A stretch of 64,000 nucleotides of DNA, taken from NCBI GenBank assembly GCA_020348345.1, contig CP070748.1, forward strand, positions 1,503,682-1,567,681. Reading direction: 5' to 3'. Under the pieces are notes generated by a model. It made no database searches and was not told where the DNA came from. It saw only the letters and a program-made list of their open reading frames with translations. Within the stretch, counting starts at the first letter, position 1. Each line of letters opens with the position of its first letter. The position numbers were made by a program, and so were the translations under genes. Positions 34,041-42,986 of the stretch are shown here, piece after piece. The DNA comes from Methanobacteriota archaeon (lineage in GTDB: Archaea; Thermoplasmatota; Thermoplasmata; UBA10834).

Positions 34041-34829
34041 ATGCGAAAGGTATTACATCTTAGTTCAACCTCACATTCCTCCTCGGAGAAGGTGTTGCGT
34101 ATGGGATTGAACATGGCAATCACTGAGCTGGAATCCGCGAAATCACTATGCAGGGACAAGAAGAGGACGATGGCCAAGGCGTATGTCAGCGACCCTGACA
34201 AGTGGGCCGACCTCGTCGAGGTCGACCGCGTAGCCGACCTCAGCCGCGCAAGGAGCAAGCTTGGCAAGGAGAAGGTCGACGATATACTCAAACGTTCGAG
34301 GGTGAAGGTCGAGGGCGACAATCTCTACATGGAGAAGATCAAGGATCCCGCTGATCAGAAGACACTGGAGCCGTTCGTGTCCGAGATCAAGACCAATTGG
34401 ATAGTCATGACCAACGTGCCGAAGCAGAGGAGGGACGAGGTGCTTAAGGCCGCCGTTGCCGAGGACTCCATCACCGAGTGGGACCTTCTCGAGTTTGACG
34501 AGATGTACGAGACGTGCGCCAAATGCGGCTTGTCTTGGGATAACAAGAAAGGCTGTGTGGGCAACTTCGGACCGTCGACGTCCCCCGTGCCCGAGCTCGC
34601 AAGGAAGTTCAAGTTGAACCTACTGTCGAAGGTCGACGACCTGGCGTCCTACAAGAAGGTGCTTTCCTCAAAGGACGCCGAAACACTCCTCAACGAGATA
34701 GCCATCCTGCGCAAAAGGACCCCCGAAGAGGGCAAGATGATGGTCAGACGCATCGATGGGACGCTCAAGAGGCTCGAAGCCATGGCGAACTGCTCCAAGG
34801 AATACGGCGTAGGCTTCTACTTCTTCTAA
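34041..34829 (+). CDS. hypothetical protein (charged, helical; one CxxC...C motif)
   Basis: Track ORF 33993..34829. Likely start is ATG 34041, 34101 or 34113. Contains CAKCGLSWDNKKGC and ends in GVGFYFF. No family recognised. Confidence 0.5.
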   Translation: MRKVLHLSSTSHSSSEKVLRMGLNMAITELESAKSLCRDKKRTMAKAYVSDPDKWADLVEVDRVADLSRARSKLGKEKVDDILKRSRVKVEGDNLYMEKIKDPADQKTLEPFVSEIKTNWIVMTNVPKQRRDEVLKAAVAEDSITEWDLLEFDEMYETCAKCGLSWDNKKGCVGNFGPSTSPVPELARKFKLNLLSKVDDLASYKKVLSSKDAETLLNEIAILRKRTPEEGKMMVRRIDGTLKRLEAMANCSKEYGVGFYFF

Positions 34830-34847
34830 GGCGGCGCGGAAGCCGTC

Positions 34848-35933
34848 ATGGGGGAGGTGGTTAGAACGAACGGCTCCAGGAGCGAGGTCGTCAAGATCTG
34901 TTCGCCCGAGGGTGCGCTATGCATGGAGTTCATGCCTCTCAAGGATGGCCTTGCCCGGGCATTCCTGCGTTGTTCTCCAAGGAACTTGAGGCTCAGTGAG
35001 GAGGACGGGCGTCATCTGAGCGACAGGCTCATGAGCACAGGCTACTCGCGCATGCTACTCCAGGATTCACGTCGCAAGCTGTTGCGAAGGACTCTCCAGC
35101 CACACGGTTGGGAAGCCTCGAAGGCCATAAAGTCTGAGGTGAATCAGAGGCACACAGTCGTCTCAACGAGTGACATCCCGTTGGACGAGAACCTCATCGA
35201 CCAGGACGGCAGGCCCGTCGAACTCGCGGGGACCGGTAACATGATGGGGTTGTGTGTGGAGCTTGACGATAGACGGGCATGGGCATTCTACAGCGACGAA
35301 GGCGAAACCGCGAGGATATTGACGGCCGATCCGAAGAAGACCGGAATGATAGTGGCAACGAAATCCGAGGACGTCGGATTCGCCGCCGATCAGCTTGTGA
35401 GGTTTCTTGTTGCAGTCAAGAAGTCCTGGGCGGTCTTCTCGAGAGACATGGAGACTCACATTGCGTGTTATCACCCGACTCCCGCCTTCAGGATGGAGCT
35501 GGAATCGCCCTGCAAGTACGAGCATTCGGTCGCGCCGCTATCGAAGGCGACCAGAAAGGCAACAGTCGCACTGTTCTCAGAGTACTACGATGAGAACAGA
35601 TATGCCGCAGGCGCACGTCTTCGTAGGCTTCACAGGGACGCTGCCTATACCGTCTATGTGACCGACGGTGGATTCGTGATAGTCCGCTTCGACAAGGACA
35701 TGGGGCTCTTGTACGATATCTATGTCACGCCAGCGAGGCAGGGGGAGGGGCTGGGTGACGAGCTGATGAGATGCGCGATCGATGCAATATCAGGCCGCGC
35801 GCCAATGGCGTACCTGCACACCAGCTTCCCCCGTGCAAGAAGGCTCTATGAAAAGTACGGCTTCAAGGAGACGTCGTCCCATCTCGTTCTTCGCCTGGAC
35901 GAAATCGCTCTCACACCACCTCCCTCAAGGTAG
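34848..35933 (+). CDS. protein with C-terminal GNAT acetyltransferase domain and an uncharacterised ~250-aa N-terminal region
   Basis: C-terminus LLYDIYVTPARQGEGLGDELMRCAI...RARRLYEKYGFKE matches the GNAT acetyl-CoA-binding motif (Q/RxxGxG/A). Confidence 0.7.
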   Translation: MGEVVRTNGSRSEVVKICSPEGALCMEFMPLKDGLARAFLRCSPRNLRLSEEDGRHLSDRLMSTGYSRMLLQDSRRKLLRRTLQPHGWEASKAIKSEVNQRHTVVSTSDIPLDENLIDQDGRPVELAGTGNMMGLCVELDDRRAWAFYSDEGETARILTADPKKTGMIVATKSEDVGFAADQLVRFLVAVKKSWAVFSRDMETHIACYHPTPAFRMELESPCKYEHSVAPLSKATRKATVALFSEYYDENRYAAGARLRRLHRDAAYTVYVTDGGFVIVRFDKDMGLLYDIYVTPARQGEGLGDELMRCAIDAISGRAPMAYLHTSFPRARRLYEKYGFKETSSHLVLRLDEIALTPPPSR

Positions 35934-35997
35934 ATATACAATCAACCCTATCAGTCGCGTCAGTTGCGAGTTCGCTCGTTCGTGGGGGAGGCTTGCC

Positions 35998-37155
35998 ATG
36001 ATAGACAGGGAGAAGATTCTGACCGCTCTTGAGGGCTATGACCTCAGCAAGGCGAAGGTGGGTATGGTCGCATCCCACTCCGCATTGGATGTCTGCGACG
36101 GCGCCGTGGAGGAGGGCTTTCGGACCATTGGCATCTGTCAAAGGGGAAGAGAGAAGACCTACACGAAGTACTTCAAGTGCCAGAGAGACGCGGCGGGAAG
36201 CGCTGTACGCGGGGCGGTTGACGAGTGTTGGGTCCTGGGCAAGTTCAAGGAGATGATAGGCGAGGATTTCCAGGAACGTCTCAGGAAGGAGAACGTGCTG
36301 TTCGTGCCGAACAGATCATTCACATCCTACATACCCCTGCGCGATATCGAAGAGGACTTCGCCGTCCCAATGGTCGGATCGAGAGACCTTCTCCGGAGCG
36401 AGGAGCGGGGGGAGGAACGCGACTACTACTGGCTCTTGGAGAAGGCGGGAATGCCGTTCCCAAGAAGGATCGAGGACCCGAAGGAGATCGATGGCCTTGT
36501 GATCGTGAAGTTGCATCACAAGGTCAAGAAGCTCGAACGCGGGTTCTTCACTGCCGCATCTCATGATGAATATGTCAAGAAGTCCAAGGCACTGCTGTCA
36601 GCGGATGTCATCACCGAGGAGGATCTCAAGACCGCCCGAATCGAGGAGTATGTTATCGGTCCCGTGTTCAACCTCGATTTCTTCTACTCGCCCTTGGAGA
36701 CGGCCATGGACCGCATCGAATTGATAGGGGTCGACTGGCGCTTCGAATCCTCTCTGGACGGTCACGTCCGGCTCCCTGCGCCTCAGCAGATGACGCTCAT
36801 GGAGAAGCAGGCGACGCCCGAGTACACCGTGTGCGGGCATAACTCCGCGACCATGCGCGAGTCGCTCATAGAGGGAGCGTTCGACCTCGCGGAGAAGTAT
36901 GTCAAAGCTACGCAGGAGCACTATGACCCTGGCATCATAGGCCCTTTCTGCCTCCAGACGTGCGTCGACAAGGACCTCAGGTTCCATATCTACGATGTCG
37001 CGCCACGCGTCGGAGGAGGGACAAACGTCCACATGTCAGTGGGTCATCCTTACGGAAACACAGTGTGGCGCACCAACATGAGCACGGGCCGACGCCTTGC
37101 GATGGAGATAAGAAGGGCCATCGAAACCGCGCAGGTCGACAGGATCGTTACCTAG
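35998..37155 (+). CDS. purP: 5-formaminoimidazole-4-carboxamide ribonucleotide (FAICAR) synthetase PurP
   Basis: Inside track ORF 35782..37155. ATG 35998 gives MIDREKILTALEGYDLSKAKVGMVASHSALDVCDGAVEEGF..., an ATP-grasp protein typical of archaeal PurP. Confidence 0.8.
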   Translation: MIDREKILTALEGYDLSKAKVGMVASHSALDVCDGAVEEGFRTIGICQRGREKTYTKYFKCQRDAAGSAVRGAVDECWVLGKFKEMIGEDFQERLRKENVLFVPNRSFTSYIPLRDIEEDFAVPMVGSRDLLRSEERGEERDYYWLLEKAGMPFPRRIEDPKEIDGLVIVKLHHKVKKLERGFFTAASHDEYVKKSKALLSADVITEEDLKTARIEEYVIGPVFNLDFFYSPLETAMDRIELIGVDWRFESSLDGHVRLPAPQQMTLMEKQATPEYTVCGHNSATMRESLIEGAFDLAEKYVKATQEHYDPGIIGPFCLQTCVDKDLRFHIYDVAPRVGGGTNVHMSVGHPYGNTVWRTNMSTGRRLAMEIRRAIETAQVDRIVT

Positions 37156-37203
37156 GTTCAAATGTCGACATCGTTGGAAGACTGGCCATGCACGTTCGAG
37201 CGT

Positions 37204-37223
37204 CCCTAAAGCTTATAAAGGGG
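37204..37223 (+). promoter_or_regulatory. BRE/TATA-like element upstream of the PKD surface-protein gene
   Basis: CCCTAAAGCTTATAAAGGGG closely resembles the elements at 4964 and 60583. GGGAGGGG (SD-like) lies 7 nt before ATG 37297. Confidence 0.3.
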
Positions 37224-37296
37224 CAATCTATTCGCCGGAGTACCCTTCTCGAAGGTGGCCATCGTTGGAGCTCCCAGAGAGGGAGGGGACATTAGA

Positions 37297-40200
37297 ATGA
37301 GGAGAGATGCAATGAGCAAGCTATCAGCCAGCCTATTCGCGCTGGTCGTAGTCCTATCCACCTTGGTGGTCCCGATGGGGGATGCTGAGGGAGATACGAT
37401 TGGAACGAACACTATCTATGTGCCCGTGACATCAAGCGGGTCCCCTGTCTCCGCAGGCATAACTGTCACTCTCACAAACGTACACACAGGCGAGGTCTTG
37501 CCCGCCGAATACTCATCGTCGATGAAACTGTACATCGTCAACAATGCGCCTTCGGGCTACTACAGAGTAGACGTCATCGATGTGATCAACCCAGACACTC
37601 AGCCTCAATACACCGACAAGTACTGGAACTCCATCGGCGAGAGGGATTTCAGCTTCACGGGCCTAACGTCGTATACGGTGACCCCGCAGATAGCTCTTGA
37701 CGCCTTCCCTTCCAAGCAGTGGGAGTGGAACGTCACGGTCAGGGATGCAGGCACCAACACAAAGATCGAGGATGCGGAGGTGGCCTTCTACGACCTCTCA
37801 CAGAACGAAATCGTGTCCAGGGACATGACTGACTCGCAGGGTATCGCAGTCGTCGATATGTTCAACTCCGACGTGGAGCAGGATTTCGCACTGATTGTGA
37901 CGAAGGACAACTACGAGACATATGTGGAGCCAACGACCATCGTCGCGGACAATGTGACTACTGTCCTTCTCACCAAGTCGGTGAGATTCTACGGCTTTGT
38001 CCGTGATTACGACGGCCCGGCTTCGAACGTTATCGCTTACATGCTCTCGGCCGACGCCGACCAGCCCTGGGTCAAGAGGGTTCTGAAGAGTGAGGAGGGG
38101 ACGTACTTCACATTCGATGCCTACAAGGGTATGTTCACGCTCTGCGTGGACGCCGATGGCGCCTCCGCTGAGATCATTTCTGTCGACCTTACTTCGTACG
38201 ATTCAGGCGATCTCGTTGATGTATCTACTCTTCTCGGAGACGAGATGGTGCTCGCCAATCAGACGCAAACGATGAACACCATCGATATGGTCTACGGAGC
38301 AGACTACAATTCGTTCACACTGACAGAGACGAGCGAATGGAACTTCGATGACGCCTTCCCAGGAATCGACTACAACGATATAGGGAGTCTGAGGATGCAG
38401 ATTGACCTGAACTCCGGCGATCCTGATGGTGCATTGGATTCAGGGGAGATAGCTGATTTCGTGTCCACAATTCAGAAATTCGGTCCGAGGCACGTTACGA
38501 GTTCGAGATTGCTGGTTGTCAACGACACGCTCTGCACTGCAGGCGCGCTGCCTCCAATCTCCTTGACGCTAACGGCTGGTTCGATTGACAACAAGACGTC
38601 CATCCCGTATTCTTACACCTGCGACTACACTTCCATTGAGGAGATCGATGTCGACGCCCCCACCTACACCGCGACCCTTTATGCGGCATACGACACTCCG
38701 TCGTTCAACCGCACATTCACGGTCTCGTTACCGGAGGACTATGAGCTCATCGACAACAGCAGCGGCGATCCTGGCTCCCACGTGAGCGTGACGGGTTTTG
38801 AAACCTTCACAATCGATCCTGGAATGGAGGCAGGCGGACCAGAACCAGTATCCCTGGCATTTGGATTGTCTGAGACGCCTTCTGCTGGTGCGGGGATGGA
38901 AATCGAACAGGGTCTCGTGTACGCCGTCACTGATGATGGCGGAAACGTGACGAAGTACATCGTACGCGTGGGCTCCGAGGTGAATTTCTCCGCGATGGAC
39001 TCTTATGACCCGAACGGCAACCCGATGACCTATACCTGGGATTTCGACGATTTCACAGCTCCAGTGACGACGACGAACGTGACCATCGGTCATACATATG
39101 ACAACGCTTCGGCGAGCAGAACGGTCAACCTGACTGTCACCGACGCTGTCGGCATTCAGAACTGGACGGAGATTGAGGTGCTATGCGACGATCTCGATCC
39201 TGTACCGGTCATATCGATAAAGGACAGGACGGTCAACGAGACCACCGATATGCTCGAGCTGAATCAGGGCGAGATGATGTTGCTGAACGCGACCTACTCT
39301 ACCGATGACGCCGTGACGGCCGACGATTCGCTTGGTGTGATAGACTTCTTCGAGTTCTCCTACGGAGATGGCAACGAATCCGAAAGGATATCCTGGACGG
39401 CGGACGATAAGAACGTCTCCCACGCCTTCGCGGACTCGGGCACATATGAGGTCGTGCTCAACGTTACAGACGTAACGGGTCACTGGAAGAACACGACGTT
39501 GCTGGTGAAGGTCAACGACTCCGATGCCCCCGTCGTGTCGTTCACTGTGAAGAACGCGACCTACGGGACAAGCCTGATCGAGAACGCAACGATAGTGTTC
39601 GATGCGAATGCCACGAAGGACAACCTCGACGCGCTCGAGGACATGCACTTCTCATGGTACTTCGCGGACGGACTCGGTGCGGAATCCTGGCTTAACGGCA
39701 CAGGCCTGGTCAACGTGACGCATGTGTTCAGAAAGGTCGGAACTTTCTCGGTAGAGCTGAATGTGACGGACCTGTCCAACAACAGCGGCCTGATCAAACG
39801 TTCGGTTAAGATAGACCCCAGCCCAAGACCTAATGTCATGATCGACGGGCCGATCGAGTTCAACCCCGCCGAGTTCACTGAGGGCAAAGCAGGTACAATA
39901 TCTGTCAATCTGACCAACAAGGGCAGCGTGATTGCAACAGGCATCGTCGTCACCTTTTACATCGTCGACGAGGACAGCGAGACGCTGATCGGAACTGTGA
40001 CAACTCTGCTGAACGGAACCGCAATGGTGACGGAGCTCGAGGTAGGTGGCAAGGCCCGCGCCGAATTCAAGTGGACTCCGGGGAGCAAGGGCACATACAA
40101 GATCAAGGTCAATGTGACTTCCACAAACCAGCTCATGCCGGACTCCAAGACAACCAGGGCCGATGAGGACCTCGTAGTCAAGGAGGCTCCTTGGAAGAAG

Positions 40201-40416
40201 GCCGCCCTCTGGGGAGGCATCGCTGCGGTGATCGTACTCGTGCCACTGCTTCTCTATCTCAGAGGTAGATGGTCCAGACGCGAACGCAAGGGCCCCAGGA
40301 GAGATAGGGACCGCCTCGCCAAGAGAGAACGCAGAGAGAAGGACAAGCTCGAGAAGAAGGAGCGCAGAGCGAGAGAAAAGGAAAAGGCCAAGGAGACCAA
40401 GGGCTCCGACAAGTGA
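37297..40416 (+). CDS. large surface protein with PKD/Ig-like domains, signal peptide, C-terminal TM anchor and a highly charged tail
   Basis: Track ORF 37255..40416. MRRDAMSKLSASLFALVVVLSTLVVPMG signal. PKD-type segments (e.g. VNFSAMDSYDPNGNPMTYTWDFDD...VTDAVG; FFEFSYGDGNES...VLNVTDVTG). Many N-x-S/T sequons. TM helix AALWGGIAAVIVLVPLLLYL. Confidence 0.8.
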   Translation: MRRDAMSKLSASLFALVVVLSTLVVPMGDAEGDTIGTNTIYVPVTSSGSPVSAGITVTLTNVHTGEVLPAEYSSSMKLYIVNNAPSGYYRVDVIDVINPDTQPQYTDKYWNSIGERDFSFTGLTSYTVTPQIALDAFPSKQWEWNVTVRDAGTNTKIEDAEVAFYDLSQNEIVSRDMTDSQGIAVVDMFNSDVEQDFALIVTKDNYETYVEPTTIVADNVTTVLLTKSVRFYGFVRDYDGPASNVIAYMLSADADQPWVKRVLKSEEGTYFTFDAYKGMFTLCVDADGASAEIISVDLTSYDSGDLVDVSTLLGDEMVLANQTQTMNTIDMVYGADYNSFTLTETSEWNFDDAFPGIDYNDIGSLRMQIDLNSGDPDGALDSGEIADFVSTIQKFGPRHVTSSRLLVVNDTLCTAGALPPISLTLTAGSIDNKTSIPYSYTCDYTSIEEIDVDAPTYTATLYAAYDTPSFNRTFTVSLPEDYELIDNSSGDPGSHVSVTGFETFTIDPGMEAGGPEPVSLAFGLSETPSAGAGMEIEQGLVYAVTDDGGNVTKYIVRVGSEVNFSAMDSYDPNGNPMTYTWDFDDFTAPVTTTNVTIGHTYDNASASRTVNLTVTDAVGIQNWTEIEVLCDDLDPVPVISIKDRTVNETTDMLELNQGEMMLLNATYSTDDAVTADDSLGVIDFFEFSYGDGNESERISWTADDKNVSHAFADSGTYEVVLNVTDVTGHWKNTTLLVKVNDSDAPVVSFTVKNATYGTSLIENATIVFDANATKDNLDALEDMHFSWYFADGLGAESWLNGTGLVNVTHVFRKVGTFSVELNVTDLSNNSGLIKRSVKIDPSPRPNVMIDGPIEFNPAEFTEGKAGTISVNLTNKGSVIATGIVVTFYIVDEDSETLIGTVTTLLNGTAMVTELEVGGKARAEFKWTPGSKGTYKIKVNVTSTNQLMPDSKTTRADEDLVVKEAPWKKAALWGGIAAVIVLVPLLLYLRGRWSRRERKGPRRDRDRLAKRERREKDKLEKKERRAREKEKAKETKGSDK

Positions 40417-40505
40417 CCTTCTGTTGATGCGTACCTGTGCGCTATAGCGCCCGCAAACCCCTTCCGACAAACCTCTTTAGCACGGTTTTCCATTCATTCA
40501 ATGCC

Positions 40506-41240
40506 ATGACCGTATGGCGTATTGTCGATAGCGGCCCTCTTCCAACGGCCAGATCCGCAGCGGTTGACGAGGCCGTGCTGGAGAGTCATGGGCTTGGGCT
40601 TGTACCGGACACGCTGCACTTCTACTCTCGCGCTCAGCCGACGGTCTCGCTTGGCCGCTTTCAGAAGGTCACGGAAACGGTGGACATGCGTGCCTGCAAG
40701 GCCAGGGGGGTGGCGATCGTTAGAAGGCGGTCAGGCGGAGGGTCAATATACACCGATTCCGGACAACTCATGTTCGCGGTGATAACCTCTCAGACTACCC
40801 TCGGCAACCTTCCTCACAACTCGTTTGAAACAGTCTGTGGTGCTCTGGCAAGCGCACTGAGCAGAATGGGAGTTGACGCGCGTTACCGCCCGGTGAACGA
40901 CATCGAGATTGGTGGGAGGAAGGTGTCGGGAAGCGCGCAGTTGAGACGGCGCGGATCGGTCCTACACCACGGAACCATCCTTGTGGACACGGATCTTGAG
41001 ACAATGGACCTCGTCCTGAGAAACCAGACTCTCATACCTTCCGAGCGCGTGACCACCCTTTCCCGCGTTCTTGGCGCCGCTCCTGACATCGAAATAGTCA
41101 AGCGTCATGCGACAGAAAGCATCGAAGAGGCTCTGGGTGCCCGGTTCGAACGGAATGACCTTACGGACGGCGAGCTCAGATTGATCGATGAGTACGTCGA
41201 ATCTTTCTACGGACGTGACGATTGGAATCTTAAGCTATGA
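40506..41240 (+). CDS. lplA: lipoate-protein ligase A (catalytic N-domain type)
   Basis: BPL/LPL catalytic domain: HFYSRAQPTVSLGRFQ, IVRRRSGGGSIYTDSG, KVSGSAQ. ATG 40506 lies within track ORF 40437..41240. Confidence 0.8.
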   Translation: MTVWRIVDSGPLPTARSAAVDEAVLESHGLGLVPDTLHFYSRAQPTVSLGRFQKVTETVDMRACKARGVAIVRRRSGGGSIYTDSGQLMFAVITSQTTLGNLPHNSFETVCGALASALSRMGVDARYRPVNDIEIGGRKVSGSAQLRRRGSVLHHGTILVDTDLETMDLVLRNQTLIPSERVTTLSRVLGAAPDIEIVKRHATESIEEALGARFERNDLTDGELRLIDEYVESFYGRDDWNLKL

Positions 41241-42986
41241 TCACATCTCCTCGGGCGCCTCCAACCCGAGACAATCGAGGGTGTTCCTCAGAGCCCACTT
41301 GGATGCCTCCACGAGGGCGAGCCTCGCATCCCTGGTGTCGCCCTCGGCCTTCAGCACTGGTACATAGCGATAGAACTGGTTGAACTGCCCCGCGAGGTCC
41401 TGTCCGTATGCCGCGAGTGCGTGCACTCTCCTGGTGTCCGCGCATTCTCCGACGACTGATGGCAGGGCGGCTACAAGCTTGATCAGTTCTCGTTCATGAT
41501 GGTTCACCAACTTCCTCGAACAGATCTCCGCGGAATCTTCTCTGAGCCGCGACCCTGATTTTCGGAGTATCGAGCAAGCTCTCGCGTGGGCATATTGGAG
41601 GAACGGGGCGCTGCTTCCCTCGAAGTTGAGAGCCTCCTCCCATTTGAACACTATCTGCTTCTCCGCCTGGATCCTAGCGATGTTGTATCTCAACGCCCCC
41701 AGCCCCACGATCCTCGCGATCTCCTTCATTCGTTTTTCGGTCAGATCCGTCCTTCGCTTGCGAACCTCTTCGTACGCCCTTTCGATCGCCTCATCGATAA
41801 GATCGTCCAGCGACACGACAGTGCCCTTTCTGGTGGACATCCTCCCCTCAGGAAGCGAGACGAACGCGTAGAACACGGTCTCAGGTTTCCTGTCTGAGCC
41901 AATGATCTCCAATGCCGCTGCGAGCTGCTGCATTCCCAGCTTCTGATCTTCGCCAAGCACGTTTATGGCGACATCCGATCTTGTGAACTTATCGAGGTGA
42001 TAGGCGAGATCTCTGGTTGTGTACAGCGAAGTTCCGTCCGACCTTGTGAATACCCACCTGGTGTCCCGCCCCGTGATGCCGAACGACTCGAGTTCCAGAT
42101 GATGCGCTCCCTCGGACTCGCGGCAGAAGTCAGACAGTTTCAGCTTGGATATCACCTTGTCGACGCTTCCATCCTCAACCAGCCTCGACTCCCAGGTGAA
42201 GCCGTCTATGCGGATGTTGATCTGATGGAGGCTCTCCATCATGCCTTCGAGGACGGTCTCACTGATCCTCCGATTCATCCCCACCGCCTCGGAGTCACCA
42301 TGTTCCAGCTTGTACAGGAGCGCATCCACCTCTTCGAGGACCTCGGGCTCCTCGTCGCATCTTCTATGCGCCTCCCGATAGAAGGGGACGTATCGGTGGT
42401 CTCCTTTGTCCCTTTCAGGCTTCTCGTTGATCGTGAGGTTCTTGGCGCCCCAGGTCATGGTGGCTACCTGACGTCCGACGTCGTTGACGTAGAACTCCGT
42501 TACCACGTCGTAGCCCGCCTTGCGCATTATCCTTGCCAGCGTGTCGCCGATTATCGGGTTGCGCGCCCTGCCTATGTGTATGGGGCCTGTCGGGTTCACG
42601 CTTGTATGCTCCAAGAGGACTCTAACACCCTTTGCGGAGCCAGCCCCGAAACGGTCCTTCGCGGACAGCGCCTGTGAGATCGCAGCTCTGGCCAGGCTCT
42701 CGGAATTGACGTTGAGGTTCACGTATCCGCCTTTGGCTTTAACGGAATCGATCATTCCTTGAGCGGCGATCTTTGATGCGACGGCTTCGGCAATGTCGAC
42801 CGGGTTTCTCCTCAGCCTTCTGGCCAATTGAAAGCAAGGGAACGCCAGATCGCCCATGCCCTGCGGCGGCTTCTCCAGCACCACAGGCTCCTCATCGATC
42901 CCGATCGCTTCCAAAGCTGCTTCCAGCGCCTCCTTAACCTGGTTTCGGAACGCTTCCAACGGGTCGAGGTCTCCGTTTGCCGGCAT
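41241..42986 (-). CDS. argS: arginine--tRNA ligase
   Basis: 581 aa. NPTGPIHIGRARN (HIGH variant), a DALR anticodon-binding C-terminus, ending ...EEM. Confidence 0.95.
   Translation of the reverse strand: MPANGDLDPLEAFRNQVKEALEAALEAIGIDEEPVVLEKPPQGMGDLAFPCFQLARRLRRNPVDIAEAVASKIAAQGMIDSVKAKGGYVNLNVNSESLARAAISQALSAKDRFGAGSAKGVRVLLEHTSVNPTGPIHIGRARNPIIGDTLARIMRKAGYDVVTEFYVNDVGRQVATMTWGAKNLTINEKPERDKGDHRYVPFYREAHRRCDEEPEVLEEVDALLYKLEHGDSEAVGMNRRISETVLEGMMESLHQINIRIDGFTWESRLVEDGSVDKVISKLKLSDFCRESEGAHHLELESFGITGRDTRWVFTRSDGTSLYTTRDLAYHLDKFTRSDVAINVLGEDQKLGMQQLAAALEIIGSDRKPETVFYAFVSLPEGRMSTRKGTVVSLDDLIDEAIERAYEEVRKRRTDLTEKRMKEIARIVGLGALRYNIARIQAEKQIVFKWEEALNFEGSSAPFLQYAHARACSILRKSGSRLREDSAEICSRKLVNHHERELIKLVAALPSVVGECADTRRVHALAAYGQDLAGQFNQFYRYVPVLKAEGDTRDARLALVEASKWALRNTLDCLGLEAPEEM

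Noticed and set aside
39652-40470. 272-aa ORF antisense to the 3' end of the PKD surface-protein gene
   Set aside because: Shadow ORF. The sense strand has PKD motifs, a TM helix and a charged tail that explain the region.
40506-41240. LplA encoded without an adjacent LplB (separate C-terminal domain gene, as in Thermoplasma)
   Set aside because: Absence from the neighbourhood says nothing about the rest of the genome. Noted only as context.
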